A stretch of DNA of 64,000 bases from a virus, in IMG/VR virus record IMGVR_UViG_3300017991_000003, positions 129,019-193,018 of that record; one strand, 5' to 3'. The position numbers and the translations under genes were made by a program. Numbering within the stretch: the first letter of the stretch is position 1; each line of letters opens with the position of its first letter. The notes beneath the pieces are model-generated. The model did no database searches and had not been told where the DNA came from. It saw only the letters and a program-made list of their open reading frames with translations. Shown here piece by piece: positions 44,346 through 55,100 of the stretch.

Positions 44346-45785
44346 GTGAAGAAGCTCCGATTCGCCGATGGCCTGAAGCCGCTCACGTCGGACATGGACT
44401 CCATCCATGACCTGACGGAGGATGCGCTGGGTACCGTGATCCAGGCCCTTACCAGCGGCTCCAGCGGTAAGGTGCTGTTCGACAACGTACCGCCGTCCGG
44501 TACGTATGACTCGGGAACCGGTACGATCACGGTCACCGTCCAGGCGCAGTACTATGCGGTGGGTGGTGTGGTGCTTCAGCAGCCCGAGACCGAGATCAGC
44601 GTGGCGGCCGGCACGACAGACATGCAGATCGGCGTCTTCCTCGTGGCGGGGACGGAAGGCACTCAGGCTCTGCGGAACTTCCTCTCGATCGACCCCGATA
44701 CCGCTCAGGTCATCCAGCAAGACCTCAACCATGAGATCTTCGTCTCGGACGCCTCCCGAGTGGTCCTGACAACGGTCTCCGATCTTGTGTCCAGCGTGCC
44801 GGAGCCTACTCTGGCGGCTGACGACAGCGGCTGGGTCCGTGTGGGCACCCTCCGCTTTACCGTGGCTACGGGTGCCATTACGGTGTCGAAGAACACGACC
44901 GACGTGTACACCCTGCCGGGTGGTACGACGGTCCCGGTCGCAGACCATGGTGAGACCCACCTTCCGGATGGCGCTGATCCCCTCCCTGTGAGCGCCTTGA
45001 GTGGCGGAGCTTCGGGTGGTAGCACCGCTGGTCTACTCCCGGAGGGTGGTCTCACCGCTTTGCTAGACGCTGTGCAGTCCGTGCTCCCTGCGGACTCGGC
45101 GCCCTACATCCAGGTCCTGACGACCGGCGACAACTCGGTCGACGGCTCGGACATCGACTCCAAGACGGTCACCCTCGACCTCAAGCTGCACGAGTCGATC
45201 ACCACCAAGGACTCTGGTGGCACAACCAAGCTCGCCGTCAACCACGCCCCGGCCTCTGCGCTGAAAGGCACGAGTGACAGGAGCGCGCGTGAGGACCACA
45301 TCCACCCCCTCGTGGAGTCGGGGTTCATCTTCCAGCAGATCACCCTGGACCTCACCACGGACAAGCTCGGCACGGTTATTCCCTACACGGTGACTGCCGC
45401 GGCTTCCGGTCAGCCCACCGCGACCGTGGCCAAGATCCTCTCGGTCACGGCCATGTGGCAACCACCCAACATCAAGGCGGGTTACGAGAACCGCAGCGTG
45501 GATAGTGGCTGGAACGTCGTGAGCTACGCTGGCTCCCTGGGGACGCTGGGATGCCGCGCCCTTGTGACTGGCAAGAACACCTTCGAGCTCGAGGTCGGCA
45601 CTCTCGGTGCTGCGCACGCCTCAGATGCGGCCATTCAGGCCATCAACGACTCGGACGGCGACGGCTCTGACGCCTGGACCAACCCCATCTACCCCACAAG
45701 CGGCGAGTTCGCCAAGACCGGCAAGATCTTCCTCTTCGTGCTTGCCTTGCGGGCCGGCTCGGTGGTCCTTGAAGACGGTCAGTGA
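44346..45785 (+). CDS. tail-fibre-like structural protein (479 aa)
   Basis: GTG start; Thr/Ser/Gly/Val-rich; follows the giant ORF. Confidence 0.5.
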   Translation: MKKLRFADGLKPLTSDMDSIHDLTEDALGTVIQALTSGSSGKVLFDNVPPSGTYDSGTGTITVTVQAQYYAVGGVVLQQPETEISVAAGTTDMQIGVFLVAGTEGTQALRNFLSIDPDTAQVIQQDLNHEIFVSDASRVVLTTVSDLVSSVPEPTLAADDSGWVRVGTLRFTVATGAITVSKNTTDVYTLPGGTTVPVADHGETHLPDGADPLPVSALSGGASGGSTAGLLPEGGLTALLDAVQSVLPADSAPYIQVLTTGDNSVDGSDIDSKTVTLDLKLHESITTKDSGGTTKLAVNHAPASALKGTSDRSAREDHIHPLVESGFIFQQITLDLTTDKLGTVIPYTVTAAASGQPTATVAKILSVTAMWQPPNIKAGYENRSVDSGWNVVSYAGSLGTLGCRALVTGKNTFELEVGTLGAAHASDAAIQAINDSDGDGSDAWTNPIYPTSGEFAKTGKIFLFVLALRAGSVVLEDGQ

Positions 45786-45786
45786 C

Positions 45787-46086
45787 ATGGACATCTACTG
45801 GTACAAAATCCCGGCCATTGAGAACTGGTTCGGGATGATCCCTAAGAGCGCTGTCCCGCCCTCCATGCTCGATGACGTTATAGACGCCGCTGAGGCTGCT
45901 TTTTCGGCAAATGGGTGGGATATGAGCATCAAGAGTGGGCCGTACTTCTTTGCCATCCCTGCGCCGACGTATGTGGGGATCGGCTACCTAGTCCAGCAGG
46001 CGGATGGGCTAGTGTACGTGGGCTCGGAGTACCCGTTCACACATCTAGAGAGCGCGGCCATCGCTCACGGAGTAGAGACAGTCTGA
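45787..46086 (+). CDS. hypothetical protein (99 aa)
   Basis: Internal ATG (MDIYWYKIPAIENWFG...) 1 nt after the upstream stop; the track's longer form has a Pro/Ser/Thr/Arg-rich N-terminus overlapping the previous gene. Confidence 0.45.
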   Translation: MDIYWYKIPAIENWFGMIPKSAVPPSMLDDVIDAAEAAFSANGWDMSIKSGPYFFAIPAPTYVGIGYLVQQADGLVYVGSEYPFTHLESAAIAHGVETV

Positions 46087-46634
46087 TGGACGCCTCCTCC
46101 AGCATTCAATCGGCCATGACTGGTCGGTTGCGGCTCTACAAGAGCACCGAGCGGCCAACGCTGGACGGTTGGGAGGACCTGGACCTCGTCCTTGACCGAC
46201 CCAACCTCGTGGTGGATACCGCTCAGACGGCCCTTCTGGGCCTTCTTCAGCGTCAGTTCACTGACTACGCCCCGGCGTACATCGTTCTGGGAGCGGGTGG
46301 CGACCTTGAACAGGTCTCGAAACAGGACTTCGGATCTCGCGTTGCCCCTGCGGTCACCGATACGGAGGTCCGAGAAGTCGTCGCCCGTCTTCCTATCCTT
46401 CAAATCACCCCAGACGACTCTGACGACACGAGCTGGGACTACGTGACCATCGCGCGGCCCCACGAGGCCAACACCACAAGCCTCAATGAGCTGGGGCTGG
46501 AGACGGCGAACAACACGCTGATCGCCCACGTGGTCACTGATCCTGACGCCGGCGAGTCCCGCGCCAAGAAGTACGTCAAGAGCAGCCTCGAGTACCTCGT
46601 GGTCCGGTGGACCATGACCTTCACCCTGAGCTAA
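46086..46634 (+). CDS. hypothetical protein (182 aa)
   Basis: Internal ATG (MDASSSIQSAMTGRL...) overlapping the upstream TGA by 1 nt (TGATG). Confidence 0.45.
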   Translation: MDASSSIQSAMTGRLRLYKSTERPTLDGWEDLDLVLDRPNLVVDTAQTALLGLLQRQFTDYAPAYIVLGAGGDLEQVSKQDFGSRVAPAVTDTEVREVVARLPILQITPDDSDDTSWDYVTIARPHEANTTSLNELGLETANNTLIAHVVTDPDAGESRAKKYVKSSLEYLVVRWTMTFTLS

Positions 46635-48976
46635 TGTCCCAGTCGATCTCCACTGCCTATCACGCGCTCGACACGTCGAGGCTCCAGAACACGCGCTTCG
46701 ATGGCGTGGTGCAGCCCGGGGTCTATGAGGGCTACAGAGCGCGCGCCAACTCGGGCCAACAGAACCTGATCGACCTCACGACCGGAGACGATGACGCGAG
46801 CGTCCTTGTTACCTCCGAAGGTGTGCGCGTTGAGGAGAGCGCTACGGTCTTTGCCGCGGTCCAGGTCGATTCGGCCGATCCGAGCCTGACCCGCATCGAT
46901 CTGCTCGTGGCTGAGTACCAGTACACGACGGACACGACGCAGACGCAGACCTACAAGCTCATCAAGGGCAAGAACCAGACGAACCTGAGCGCTGACCCCG
47001 TGCGCCCCACGGTGGAGAGTGACTATCAGGTGGCCCTGGCTTGGATCACGGTCCGTCCCCAGAAGAGCACTGGCGGGGCCATCCAGGCGAAGATCGAGAA
47101 CACCGACATCATCCACGTCCCCAAGGCGGCGTGGGCAGAGGCTCCTTCGGAGCTGTCGGGCCTCAAGCCGGAGATCGATCCCAACGACGCGCGCCGGCTC
47201 TTCGTCCATCAGGGTGTGATGCCCAACGTGGACGGCACCCGGGTCATCCAGTTCCTGGGCGGCTACAGCGACGTCATCGACCCGGACACCCTCGATAACC
47301 TCCAGGAGTACTGGTACACGTTCGGCGTCGATGATCAAGGCGATGTGGAGGTCATCGGCTCGGCGGCCACCCAAGCGGCTCTGCCTGACCTCACCAACAG
47401 CAGCCTGCCTGTGGCTCAGGTGCGGGCGCAGAAGATCGGTGGCCAGATCCAGCTCCAAGAGCTGGTGGACATTCGCTTCTCGTTCAGCCGTCAACTGGCC
47501 CAGGACCAGGAGGGCTACAACTACCGGGACCTTCTGGCCAACTCCGTCTTCCGGTACCTGCGGGTCGACACGTTCACGGACGACTCGCTGCTTGATCTCG
47601 ACTCCGTGGAGCTAGCCACAACTGAAGATGCTAGTGACCTCACGGCTGAGATTGATAGCAGCGACACCAGCCTGACCGTCACGTGGTCAGGAACGACGTC
47701 GGTGCCGTCCGAAGAGGTGGCTATCGTCACCACGAACCTGCTCTCCGGCACTGCGATCTCCAAGATCGAGCACTTCATGCTTGCCGTGGAGGCCGGCTTC
47801 GAGAACCTCGAGTTCCGCTACAGCACGAGCTCGGCTACGAGCGGGTTCAGCACTACGCGGCACAGCCCCGGCGAGATCGTCCGCATCCCGTTCAACGGCG
47901 CGACCAAGCTCTACATCAAGTTCCTGATCCCCGTCTCGGGGTTCAGCTCGGGCGAGGCCAAGATCTTCAGCTACGGCGCCCTGATCAACTTGAGTGGTGG
48001 CGCTGTCAACGCGACGACCCTGGGTGACCTAGGTCTCCTGGCTTTCCCCTACTCGGTCAACAACCTGGTGGCCAACGGCAGCTTCTACTACTGGAGCCGG
48101 CCGCTGTCCGACGGGACCGAGCCTGACCTGACCAGCCAGGATGAGCAGAGCTTCGCGCTCAGCTCCGAAGACGACTATCCGCTGGTGGCCGACGGCTGGC
48201 AGATGACCAAGTTCCCGACCCCTGTGGCCGGTGAGGTGGTCAAGCGCATCATTCGGGACCAGGGCGATAACACCGCTGCTACGGCGATCGAGATCACGAC
48301 CTCGGCCGCTGACGAGGCTGGCGCGGTCAACGTCATGGAGTACCGGATCCCGGTGGGCGCGGAGATGCAGGGGCAGTACCTGACCCTAGCCGCGGCCTTC
48401 GAGACCACGACGCCCCAGTCCCTTGCTGTGGGGCTCGCCATGTACCGGCGCACCTCCAGCGGCCTGACGCTCAAGGAGAAGGACGAGACCTACGCCAAGA
48501 CAACCAGCGGCGAGATCTACGTGCGCTCCAGCTCTGCCATCGGCCCCGACGTGGACCAGATCAGCGTCTACGTGCTCATGATCGCCAGCACGGCCGAGGT
48601 CACGCATAGGCTCTGGGATGTGCGCACGGCGGCTGGTGAGTTCTCGAGCCTCCCGATGCTCAAGGTGGTCGATGCCCCTGACGTCCTGCGCCAGTACTAC
48701 GAGCGTGGGCGCATCTACACGGCGCAGAACGTCACCGAGAACGTCCAGGTAGGCGCCGCGACCCAGTTCGGGGCCACCAAAGCCGAGAGCCTCGGCACCC
48801 TGGTGGGGCGCACGGTGCCTGTGAGTAGCGCCAACCGCTCGACCAACGTCGGCGACCTCATCTACTCGGCGGATCGTCACGGTCTGCTCATCACCGCAAC
48901 CTCGAGCTCTTCGGGCGTGTCCACTGTGGACGCTGATTGGGAGAGCTTCGTCAAGTTCGAGTCCAGCGTCCTATGA
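46634..48976 (+). CDS. tail-fibre-like structural protein (780 aa)
   Basis: ATG at 46634 overlapping upstream TAA (TAATG); large beta-rich protein. Confidence 0.55.
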   Translation: MSQSISTAYHALDTSRLQNTRFDGVVQPGVYEGYRARANSGQQNLIDLTTGDDDASVLVTSEGVRVEESATVFAAVQVDSADPSLTRIDLLVAEYQYTTDTTQTQTYKLIKGKNQTNLSADPVRPTVESDYQVALAWITVRPQKSTGGAIQAKIENTDIIHVPKAAWAEAPSELSGLKPEIDPNDARRLFVHQGVMPNVDGTRVIQFLGGYSDVIDPDTLDNLQEYWYTFGVDDQGDVEVIGSAATQAALPDLTNSSLPVAQVRAQKIGGQIQLQELVDIRFSFSRQLAQDQEGYNYRDLLANSVFRYLRVDTFTDDSLLDLDSVELATTEDASDLTAEIDSSDTSLTVTWSGTTSVPSEEVAIVTTNLLSGTAISKIEHFMLAVEAGFENLEFRYSTSSATSGFSTTRHSPGEIVRIPFNGATKLYIKFLIPVSGFSSGEAKIFSYGALINLSGGAVNATTLGDLGLLAFPYSVNNLVANGSFYYWSRPLSDGTEPDLTSQDEQSFALSSEDDYPLVADGWQMTKFPTPVAGEVVKRIIRDQGDNTAATAIEITTSAADEAGAVNVMEYRIPVGAEMQGQYLTLAAAFETTTPQSLAVGLAMYRRTSSGLTLKEKDETYAKTTSGEIYVRSSSAIGPDVDQISVYVLMIASTAEVTHRLWDVRTAAGEFSSLPMLKVVDAPDVLRQYYERGRIYTAQNVTENVQVGAATQFGATKAESLGTLVGRTVPVSSANRSTNVGDLIYSADRHGLLITATSSSSGVSTVDADWESFVKFESSVL

Positions 48977-49608
48977 GCCAGGTTCAGCCAGTTCGCAGCG
49001 GTACTGTCGTACTAAGCGGCGTCTTCGAGAAGATCACCACGGAGGGTGACAGCTCGAACTTCCTAGGCTCCAACGCGGGCCTCAGCCAACTTTTCCGTGC
49101 CACTGAGGACACTGGGAGCTCGGTCGACCACAGCTACGGCGTGCTGGTCACCGATGTTGACTCGGTTACGGACGGGTATGGCAACACCCTCTACACCTAC
49201 GACTTCACGCTGGACTTCAACTACTTGGTTGGTGCCAAGCAGCTGATCGTGCAGCTCAAGACCACGCCTACGGCCACCCAACCGGTCGCAGGCTTTGTGA
49301 CGCTCCCCTCCAAGGAGCTGATCGACACGGACCCCGCAGCCAATGCTTGGGATCCCTACTACGAGGAGATCGACTCGACCACCGTGCGGGTTCACAACAT
49401 CCTCGACTCGCGCATCATCCTTGCGCTGATTCCGCACACGGCCATCCCGGCTACCAACAAAGAGAAGATCACGGTCCAGAATCAAGGCAACAACGAGGCT
49501 ATCGAGCTCGAGGGTGCTGGTGACGGCGTGATCTTCCGAACGCCTAACGGGAGCCGCTGGTTGTTCCGAATCGATGATTCTGGAACCACTGCCATCGTGC
49601 CCCGGTAA
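48973..49608 (+). CDS. hypothetical structural protein (211 aa)
   Basis: ATG at 48973 (ATGA overlap), MSQVQPVRSGTVVL... Confidence 0.5.
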   Translation: MSQVQPVRSGTVVLSGVFEKITTEGDSSNFLGSNAGLSQLFRATEDTGSSVDHSYGVLVTDVDSVTDGYGNTLYTYDFTLDFNYLVGAKQLIVQLKTTPTATQPVAGFVTLPSKELIDTDPAANAWDPYYEEIDSTTVRVHNILDSRIILALIPHTAIPATNKEKITVQNQGNNEAIELEGAGDGVIFRTPNGSRWLFRIDDSGTTAIVPR

Positions 49609-49611
49609 GTC

Positions 49612-50328
49612 ATGTGCGACGTCATCGCCCCTCTTGGAGTCAGCCTGTTCTTGATGACGGCTGCTTTCATCTATGCTGTTTTTCAGAACAAGAAACTACG
49701 GCAGGCTCCAAGGTGCATATTCCCCTCGTCGGCCTGCCCGCATGACGGTCACAAGAACAAGGTGATGCGTGAGAAGGCCGTGGCCTTCGAGGCCGCTTTC
49801 AACAACGCGGCACACGGCATGGCGGTCGTCGACATCGACGGGAGCTGGGTACGCGTGAACGATGCCCTTATCGACATGCTTGGGTACACGCGAGAGGAGC
49901 TCGTGTCCGGGATGACGTTCCAAGACGTCACGCATCCGGACGATCTCGACAAAGACCTGAAGCTGATGCAAAAGCTCCAGGACGGTCATATTCGGAAGTA
50001 TCACCTGGCCAAGAGGTACATCCGCAAGGACGCTCACGTGATCTACATCATGCTGTCCGTCAGCCTGATCCGTAACCTGAGTGATCATCCGCTGTTCTAT
50101 GTCTCGCAGATTATCGAGCGCACCGCAGACCAGGTGGAGCTCGATCGACTGCGGGAAGAGGCCCGCCGGTGGCGTTCTGAGGCGCTTTTGTGGGAGCAGC
50201 GCCTAGAGTCTACCCGGCAGCGCCATAACGAGGCGTTGGATCGGCTGATCCAGCCCTCGAGTGCTCCCTCCGTCGAAGAGCCGAGCACGTCTCAGCCGTC
50301 CACTAAGCCGCACCAGGATCATGACTAA
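49612..50328 (+). CDS. membrane-anchored PAS-domain protein with C-terminal coiled coil (238 aa)
   Basis: N-terminal hydrophobic helix (APLGVSLFLMTAAFIYAVF); PAS-like core FEAAFNNAAHGMAVVDIDGSWVRVNDALIDMLGYTREELVSGMTFQDVTHPDD...KDAHVIYIMLSVSLI...FYVSQIIERT; 5' region looks lower in GC than neighbours by eye. Confidence 0.6.
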   Translation: MCDVIAPLGVSLFLMTAAFIYAVFQNKKLRQAPRCIFPSSACPHDGHKNKVMREKAVAFEAAFNNAAHGMAVVDIDGSWVRVNDALIDMLGYTREELVSGMTFQDVTHPDDLDKDLKLMQKLQDGHIRKYHLAKRYIRKDAHVIYIMLSVSLIRNLSDHPLFYVSQIIERTADQVELDRLREEARRWRSEALLWEQRLESTRQRHNEALDRLIQPSSAPSVEEPSTSQPSTKPHQDHD

Positions 50329-50743
50329 CGAACCGGCCTCAAGACAACAAGTGGATACGCTGATCAAAGCTGTAGAGGGGCTCGCAGCCAAGGTAGACGC
50401 AAATACCGTGGCCATCGCCGAGCGTGGTTCGGACTTCCGAGCTATGAAGGCGGAGCTTGAGCGTGTGCGCCAGCAGGTGCATGACACCCATCAGTACATC
50501 CACACAGGCAATGGTCGTGAGGCCTTGTCGACGCGGATGCTTGTGGCGGAGCGTGAGTTGGCCGAGCTTGTGGCCAAGGCGCTAGCCAGGGAGCAGCTGG
50601 AGGCTGAGGAGCGCCTCACCAAGGACGCGGAGGCCCGGGCCTACGCCCGCAGCATCCGAATCGCCATCTTGACGAGTGCTGCGGCCCTACTAGGGGTGGG
50701 GATCAACATCGTGTACTTGATGGCGTCCGGGGGCGCGTCGTGA
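50321..50743 (+). CDS. coiled-coil protein with C-terminal transmembrane anchor (140 aa)
   Basis: ATG at 50321 (8-nt overlap with the PAS gene); heptad-like Ala/Glu/Arg-rich region; C-terminal IRIAILTSAAALLGVGINIVYLMASGG. Topology resembles XhlA-type phage membrane proteins, unverified. Confidence 0.45.
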   Translation: MTNEPASRQQVDTLIKAVEGLAAKVDANTVAIAERGSDFRAMKAELERVRQQVHDTHQYIHTGNGREALSTRMLVAERELAELVAKALAREQLEAEERLTKDAEARAYARSIRIAILTSAAALLGVGINIVYLMASGGAS

Positions 50744-51063
50744 TTGAGCACCTGCTAGCTGGCCTACTCGATGGACTCGAGAAGGAGGCCGGCCGTGCGC
50801 CGCGTGCTCCTGAGTACAAGGTCCTCGATAAACATCGAGTTGCCTTGACGCCTGGCGAGCGCGCCTACGTCATGGACAACAAGGCCGTCTGGCACCGCGC
50901 GTGGAAGAACGGCAAGCAGGTGCCCAGTCCTGCTGTCTGGAAGGCTGTCATGCCCGACGGTAAGGTTTGGTACGTGACCAACACGCATCGGGTTATGAAC
51001 GCGCGCCCCACGGTGCGTGGGGCTGTTAGCCGCTACCACAAGTTCATCAAGACCACGGCATGA
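50740..51063 (+). CDS. hypothetical protein (107 aa)
   Basis: GTG start overlapping upstream TGA; Trp/Lys-containing small protein. Confidence 0.4.
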   Translation: MIEHLLAGLLDGLEKEAGRAPRAPEYKVLDKHRVALTPGERAYVMDNKAVWHRAWKNGKQVPSPAVWKAVMPDGKVWYVTNTHRVMNARPTVRGAVSRYHKFIKTTA

Positions 51064-52142
51064 GCCAGCGCTTCGCCACCACCCACCAGGCGGTCAACCT
51101 CCTGCGTAACGGGAGCCTCGAGATGGTCGAGGCCCTGGACAGCGGTGCGCAGAAGCCCCATTTCTGGTCATTCGACGCCCTGATCCACGAGGCGCTTCAA
51201 GATGCGGTCGTGGTAAACACCTTCGAGGTCCTTCAGGAGGATCCTGGACCGGCCCCGGCTAGCCGGTTTCGTGTGGAGCTTGTCACGGGCGAGCCCTCCA
51301 AGCTCTATCAGGACACGACCCGGGACGCCTCGGTCCACGTCCAGGATTTCCCGGTCCCGCTAGCGCCGTCGTTGAAGCCGGCGCTGCCGCAGGGCCACTT
51401 TTCTACCGAGGTCCACGCCCTCCCCAAGGGGGATTACACGCTCTCCTTCGATGTTCGGGCCTACCAAGGCACCGTGTCGATCGATCCAGCTGCTTGGGAC
51501 CTCGTCGGAGCGGTGCAGACGCCGACCTACCCCACTGGCCAGACTTCCGTGACACTGGGAGCTAGTGCCATCTGGCGCCGGATCACCATCCAGTTCTCGG
51601 TCGACTACGCCCTGGGCGGTGTCGGGCTCCAACTAGAGCGCACAACGTCCTCCGGTCTGGCTGTGGTAGAGATCGGCAACGTCATGTTGGCTCAGGGGCA
51701 CTACCGCTACCTTCCGTACACCGGCGACCCGCTCCTCTCGGCCATCCCCAAGGGGGCGATCATCCTCACCATGGGGTCTGTGTGCCCTCCTGGCTTCGAG
51801 GAGATCGGCGAGGATGGTCTTGAGCCTCTGCCTGAGTGGGTGGCTGATGAGCCCAACATCCTGGCACGCAAGGGTAACTACCCGCGCGAGGGCACGGAGC
51901 TAGTGGGAACGACCTCGCATACTGTGGATGCTGTCGAGATCACTCCGGGCACCACGGATGCGCTCGAGTTCTCCGGTCCCGACAGCAAGGTGGTTGATGG
52001 GACTCTCGTCGACACCTCCAAATCCAATCCGGCGACGGACGAGCCCGGCGGGTCTCAGGGCGTCCCGGAGCATGATCACACGATTGAGACGGCAGGTACG
52101 CGGCCGGTGAGCCGCGGCTACCTCCTTTGCCGGCGCATCTGA
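51060..52142 (+). CDS. tail-fibre/receptor-binding-like protein (360 aa), member of a three-gene paralog set
   Basis: N-terminal NLLRNGSLEMVEA; C-terminal AIILTMGSVCPPGFEEIG followed by PEHDHTIE and an ending GYLLCRRI, shared in pattern with 52142..56359 and 56363..57481. Confidence 0.55.
   Translation: MSQRFATTHQAVNLLRNGSLEMVEALDSGAQKPHFWSFDALIHEALQDAVVVNTFEVLQEDPGPAPASRFRVELVTGEPSKLYQDTTRDASVHVQDFPVPLAPSLKPALPQGHFSTEVHALPKGDYTLSFDVRAYQGTVSIDPAAWDLVGAVQTPTYPTGQTSVTLGASAIWRRITIQFSVDYALGGVGLQLERTTSSGLAVVEIGNVMLAQGHYRYLPYTGDPLLSAIPKGAIILTMGSVCPPGFEEIGEDGLEPLPEWVADEPNILARKGNYPREGTELVGTTSHTVDAVEITPGTTDALEFSGPDSKVVDGTLVDTSKSNPATDEPGGSQGVPEHDHTIETAGTRPVSRGYLLCRRI
51549..51570 (+). repeat. inverted-repeat element copy D (degenerate, GTGACACTGG-gag-CTAGTGCCA) inside a CDS
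   Basis: In frame within gene 51060..52142, encoding SVTLGASAI; same phase as copy A. Confidence 0.4.
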
Positions 52143-55100
52143 TGGAAGTGAACACCCTCAACCAGCGCAACGCGCTGAACCTCCTGCGTAACGGCTCCTT
52201 CTCGCAAGGAGTCGCGCACTGGTGGGGGAGCTATCTACGCCACAAGCGCAGCTCCGGAGGCCAGACGCTGGGCTCCAATGCTCCTGAGTATGCTCTGGAG
52301 GTCTTCCAGGCCCAGGACACGAGCTATCCAGACTCGGTGACGCCCGGGGCGCATCAGTGGGTGGATCGCCCGGATCTATTCACCTATCCCAGCCAGCGGC
52401 TGGTGAGCGGCCTGCGCCTCATTCCTTTTACGGATGATCGAGCGCTGCTCCAGGTCGTGCCGGAGCTGACGGCGATGGATGGGGTCGTCCTCGCTGAGCC
52501 GGACGCTGCGGAGATCCCGACCTACTCCGATATCTTCCAGCACCCGTTCGTGCACCTGGAGCCGGATGGGACGCGTGTGAACATCGAGGCGGGTTCGGTC
52601 CTGCCTCTCACGGATACCCGGCGCCCGGAGTCGAGCGGCCTGTACCGTGTGGGCTCCTTCCTGGAGAACCGGAATGGAACCGGTGTGGCGTCGGACTATG
52701 ACCCGTCCAACTACCACGAGTACACCTACCACGGCCTGGAGATCAATCCGCTGAGCGGAGGCTCGTACAAGGCTCTGATGACCCACGAGACGAGCGGCGT
52801 GGTCACGGCCGCCATCACCGCGGAGGCGTCGGGCCTGTACACCGTGGTGACGATCTCGGTCGACAAGGACGTGGTGCGCGGCTTGGATCGCGAGCAGCCT
52901 GGGTACACCCCGGAGCTTGGCTTGGCGGTCGGTGATGTGTTCACCATGACCGAGCCGGTGCTGCGCTCGGGCGTGATCACTCAGGTGGCGATCTCGGACG
53001 ACCAGACGGTCGTGACGCTCATCCCACTCGCTAACTATGGCGACTACGTGGTCACCCCGTTCGTGGAGGACGTGACCCCGGAGGCCTGGTCGATCTACGC
53101 CACGTCGGTCGCTACGGTGCGGCGCACCATGCCGCTGTACGCCTACGACTTCACCCTGGGCTACACCTGCCGGATCAACGACGGCTACTCAGCCCCGGCC
53201 GAGACCTCGATGGTGGCCCGGACTCTTTCGGGCACGGGGACTCTTGTGGGCACAGGCACGGTCGGCGCTGAGATCCCGCGCATCGGCGGCAAGCGCAAGA
53301 TCGTCAACCTCCTAATCGACGAGGACACGGTCGACGGGGCGTGGCAACGCCGGCTCGAACGTCACTTCCGGGAGGCCTCGGCTCCGCTGGAGGGGCGTAT
53401 CGACCTCTCGGTCCTGCCCCCGGCCGGCTCCGAAGACAGCTACCCCACTCCAACCAGCAAGCTGCCTGACTCGGTCTACTGGTACTTCTTCACGGACCTG
53501 GATGGGGAACTTCCGAACCTCAACGATCCGCCGGAGTCGATCGAGGACACGCCGCACTTCCAGATCAACATCCCGGTCGACGAGAACAACCTGCCTCCGG
53601 CTGAGTGGCTGGCCGGCAACAAGGAGTTCACGGTCACGCCCTTCGGCGACACGTCCGAGCTCGAGGAGCAGTTCTCCTGGATCATTCCGCTGCTGCTCGT
53701 TCCTAGCTTCACGGCGCAGGCAGCGCTGCTAGAGGTCCCCGACGAGACCTATCCGGCTCTGCTGAAGCTCTACGTCGCCTGGGATACCGACGAGTTCGGC
53801 GCCTTCCCTAGCGTGGATGGCTTCAACATCGGCTGGAACAGCACAGTGACGGCTACCTGGGGCTTCAACGTCAAGGGTCTGAACGGCTCTGGTGCGCGCG
53901 CTCTGGTCTCGGACGTCTTCATGACCCACGGGGATCAGGCGCAGCGGCTCGAGAAGCTCGATGACACGGCCCTGCCTGTCACAGGCCCGCTCACCGATGA
54001 TGTCTCGATCGATCCCCTGCGCCACGGGGTCGATCTCTTGGAGAACGTGATCCCGCCCGGGGCGGTGGTCCTCTACGCCGGCGGCGGTACCTGCCCTCCG
54101 GGCTTCAAGCGAGTGGAGAGCTTCCCCGACGCCGCTGTAGCGGGAATCGGCTCGGACGCTGATCTGACCCTCACTGACGCAACCGTCGTCTACGACACGG
54201 CCCGTGATCGGACCAAGATCACCTGGACGGGTCGGGAGTTCCCGCTCTATGACGATGACGGGGGTGTGATCCCGATCCCTGAGCTCGCTCTCTCGGTCAG
54301 CAAGCCGATTCCAGGCATCCCGGACTCTCTCCAGGAGGTCAAGTTCACGCCGAGCCAGCAGGTGGTACAGCCGGGCATGGCGGTTCGTGTCCCTGAGTTC
54401 CTCATGGACTCGACGATCACCGAGACCGACCCGCTGTTCTCTTCGGAGACCCTCGGCAAGGCCATGCGCGCTGTAGGTGGCTGGGCGCAGCTGCATCGCC
54501 CCGAGGAGCCACTATTCAGCCGACTCGGTGTCGAGCTGTGGTTCCAGACCCAGAGCAGCATCACGACTTCTGGCGATGAGCGCCTGTCGTGGATCTTCCG
54601 CCAGGCCAAGAAGGTCGGCGATGATGTGATCAGCTGGGGCCTTCTGTACGTCACGTCTGGCACGGACGGGGGCAAGCTCGAGTGGCGTGTCGAGACGGTC
54701 GGCTCCCTGGGTGCCCGCACAGACGTCTATCGCATGACCACGGCGGCCCTTCCGGTTAGCGGATTCGCCGGTGACTGGATGCACATCATCGTGGAGTTCA
54801 GCGCGCCCAACTCCGGTACGGTCGGCGAGCCGGGCCAGGGCGTGACCCCTGATGTGCGCATCACCTTCAGCGATACGGAGGACTCCTACGGCACGCTGAT
54901 CGAGAGCCACAACTTCGGCGTGGTACAGGCAGGGGCTGATCTGGCCAAGGGCGCCGTGCTGCGGCTAGGCCACACCCCCGAGGTAGATGGCGCGCTGGGG
55001 ACGAGCTCCTATACCGACCCGGTGACCGGGAACCTGATCACCCTGGCCGCCAAGCACATCGACAACTTCCGCGTCTTCGATCTCTCTAGTCAGGAGATGA

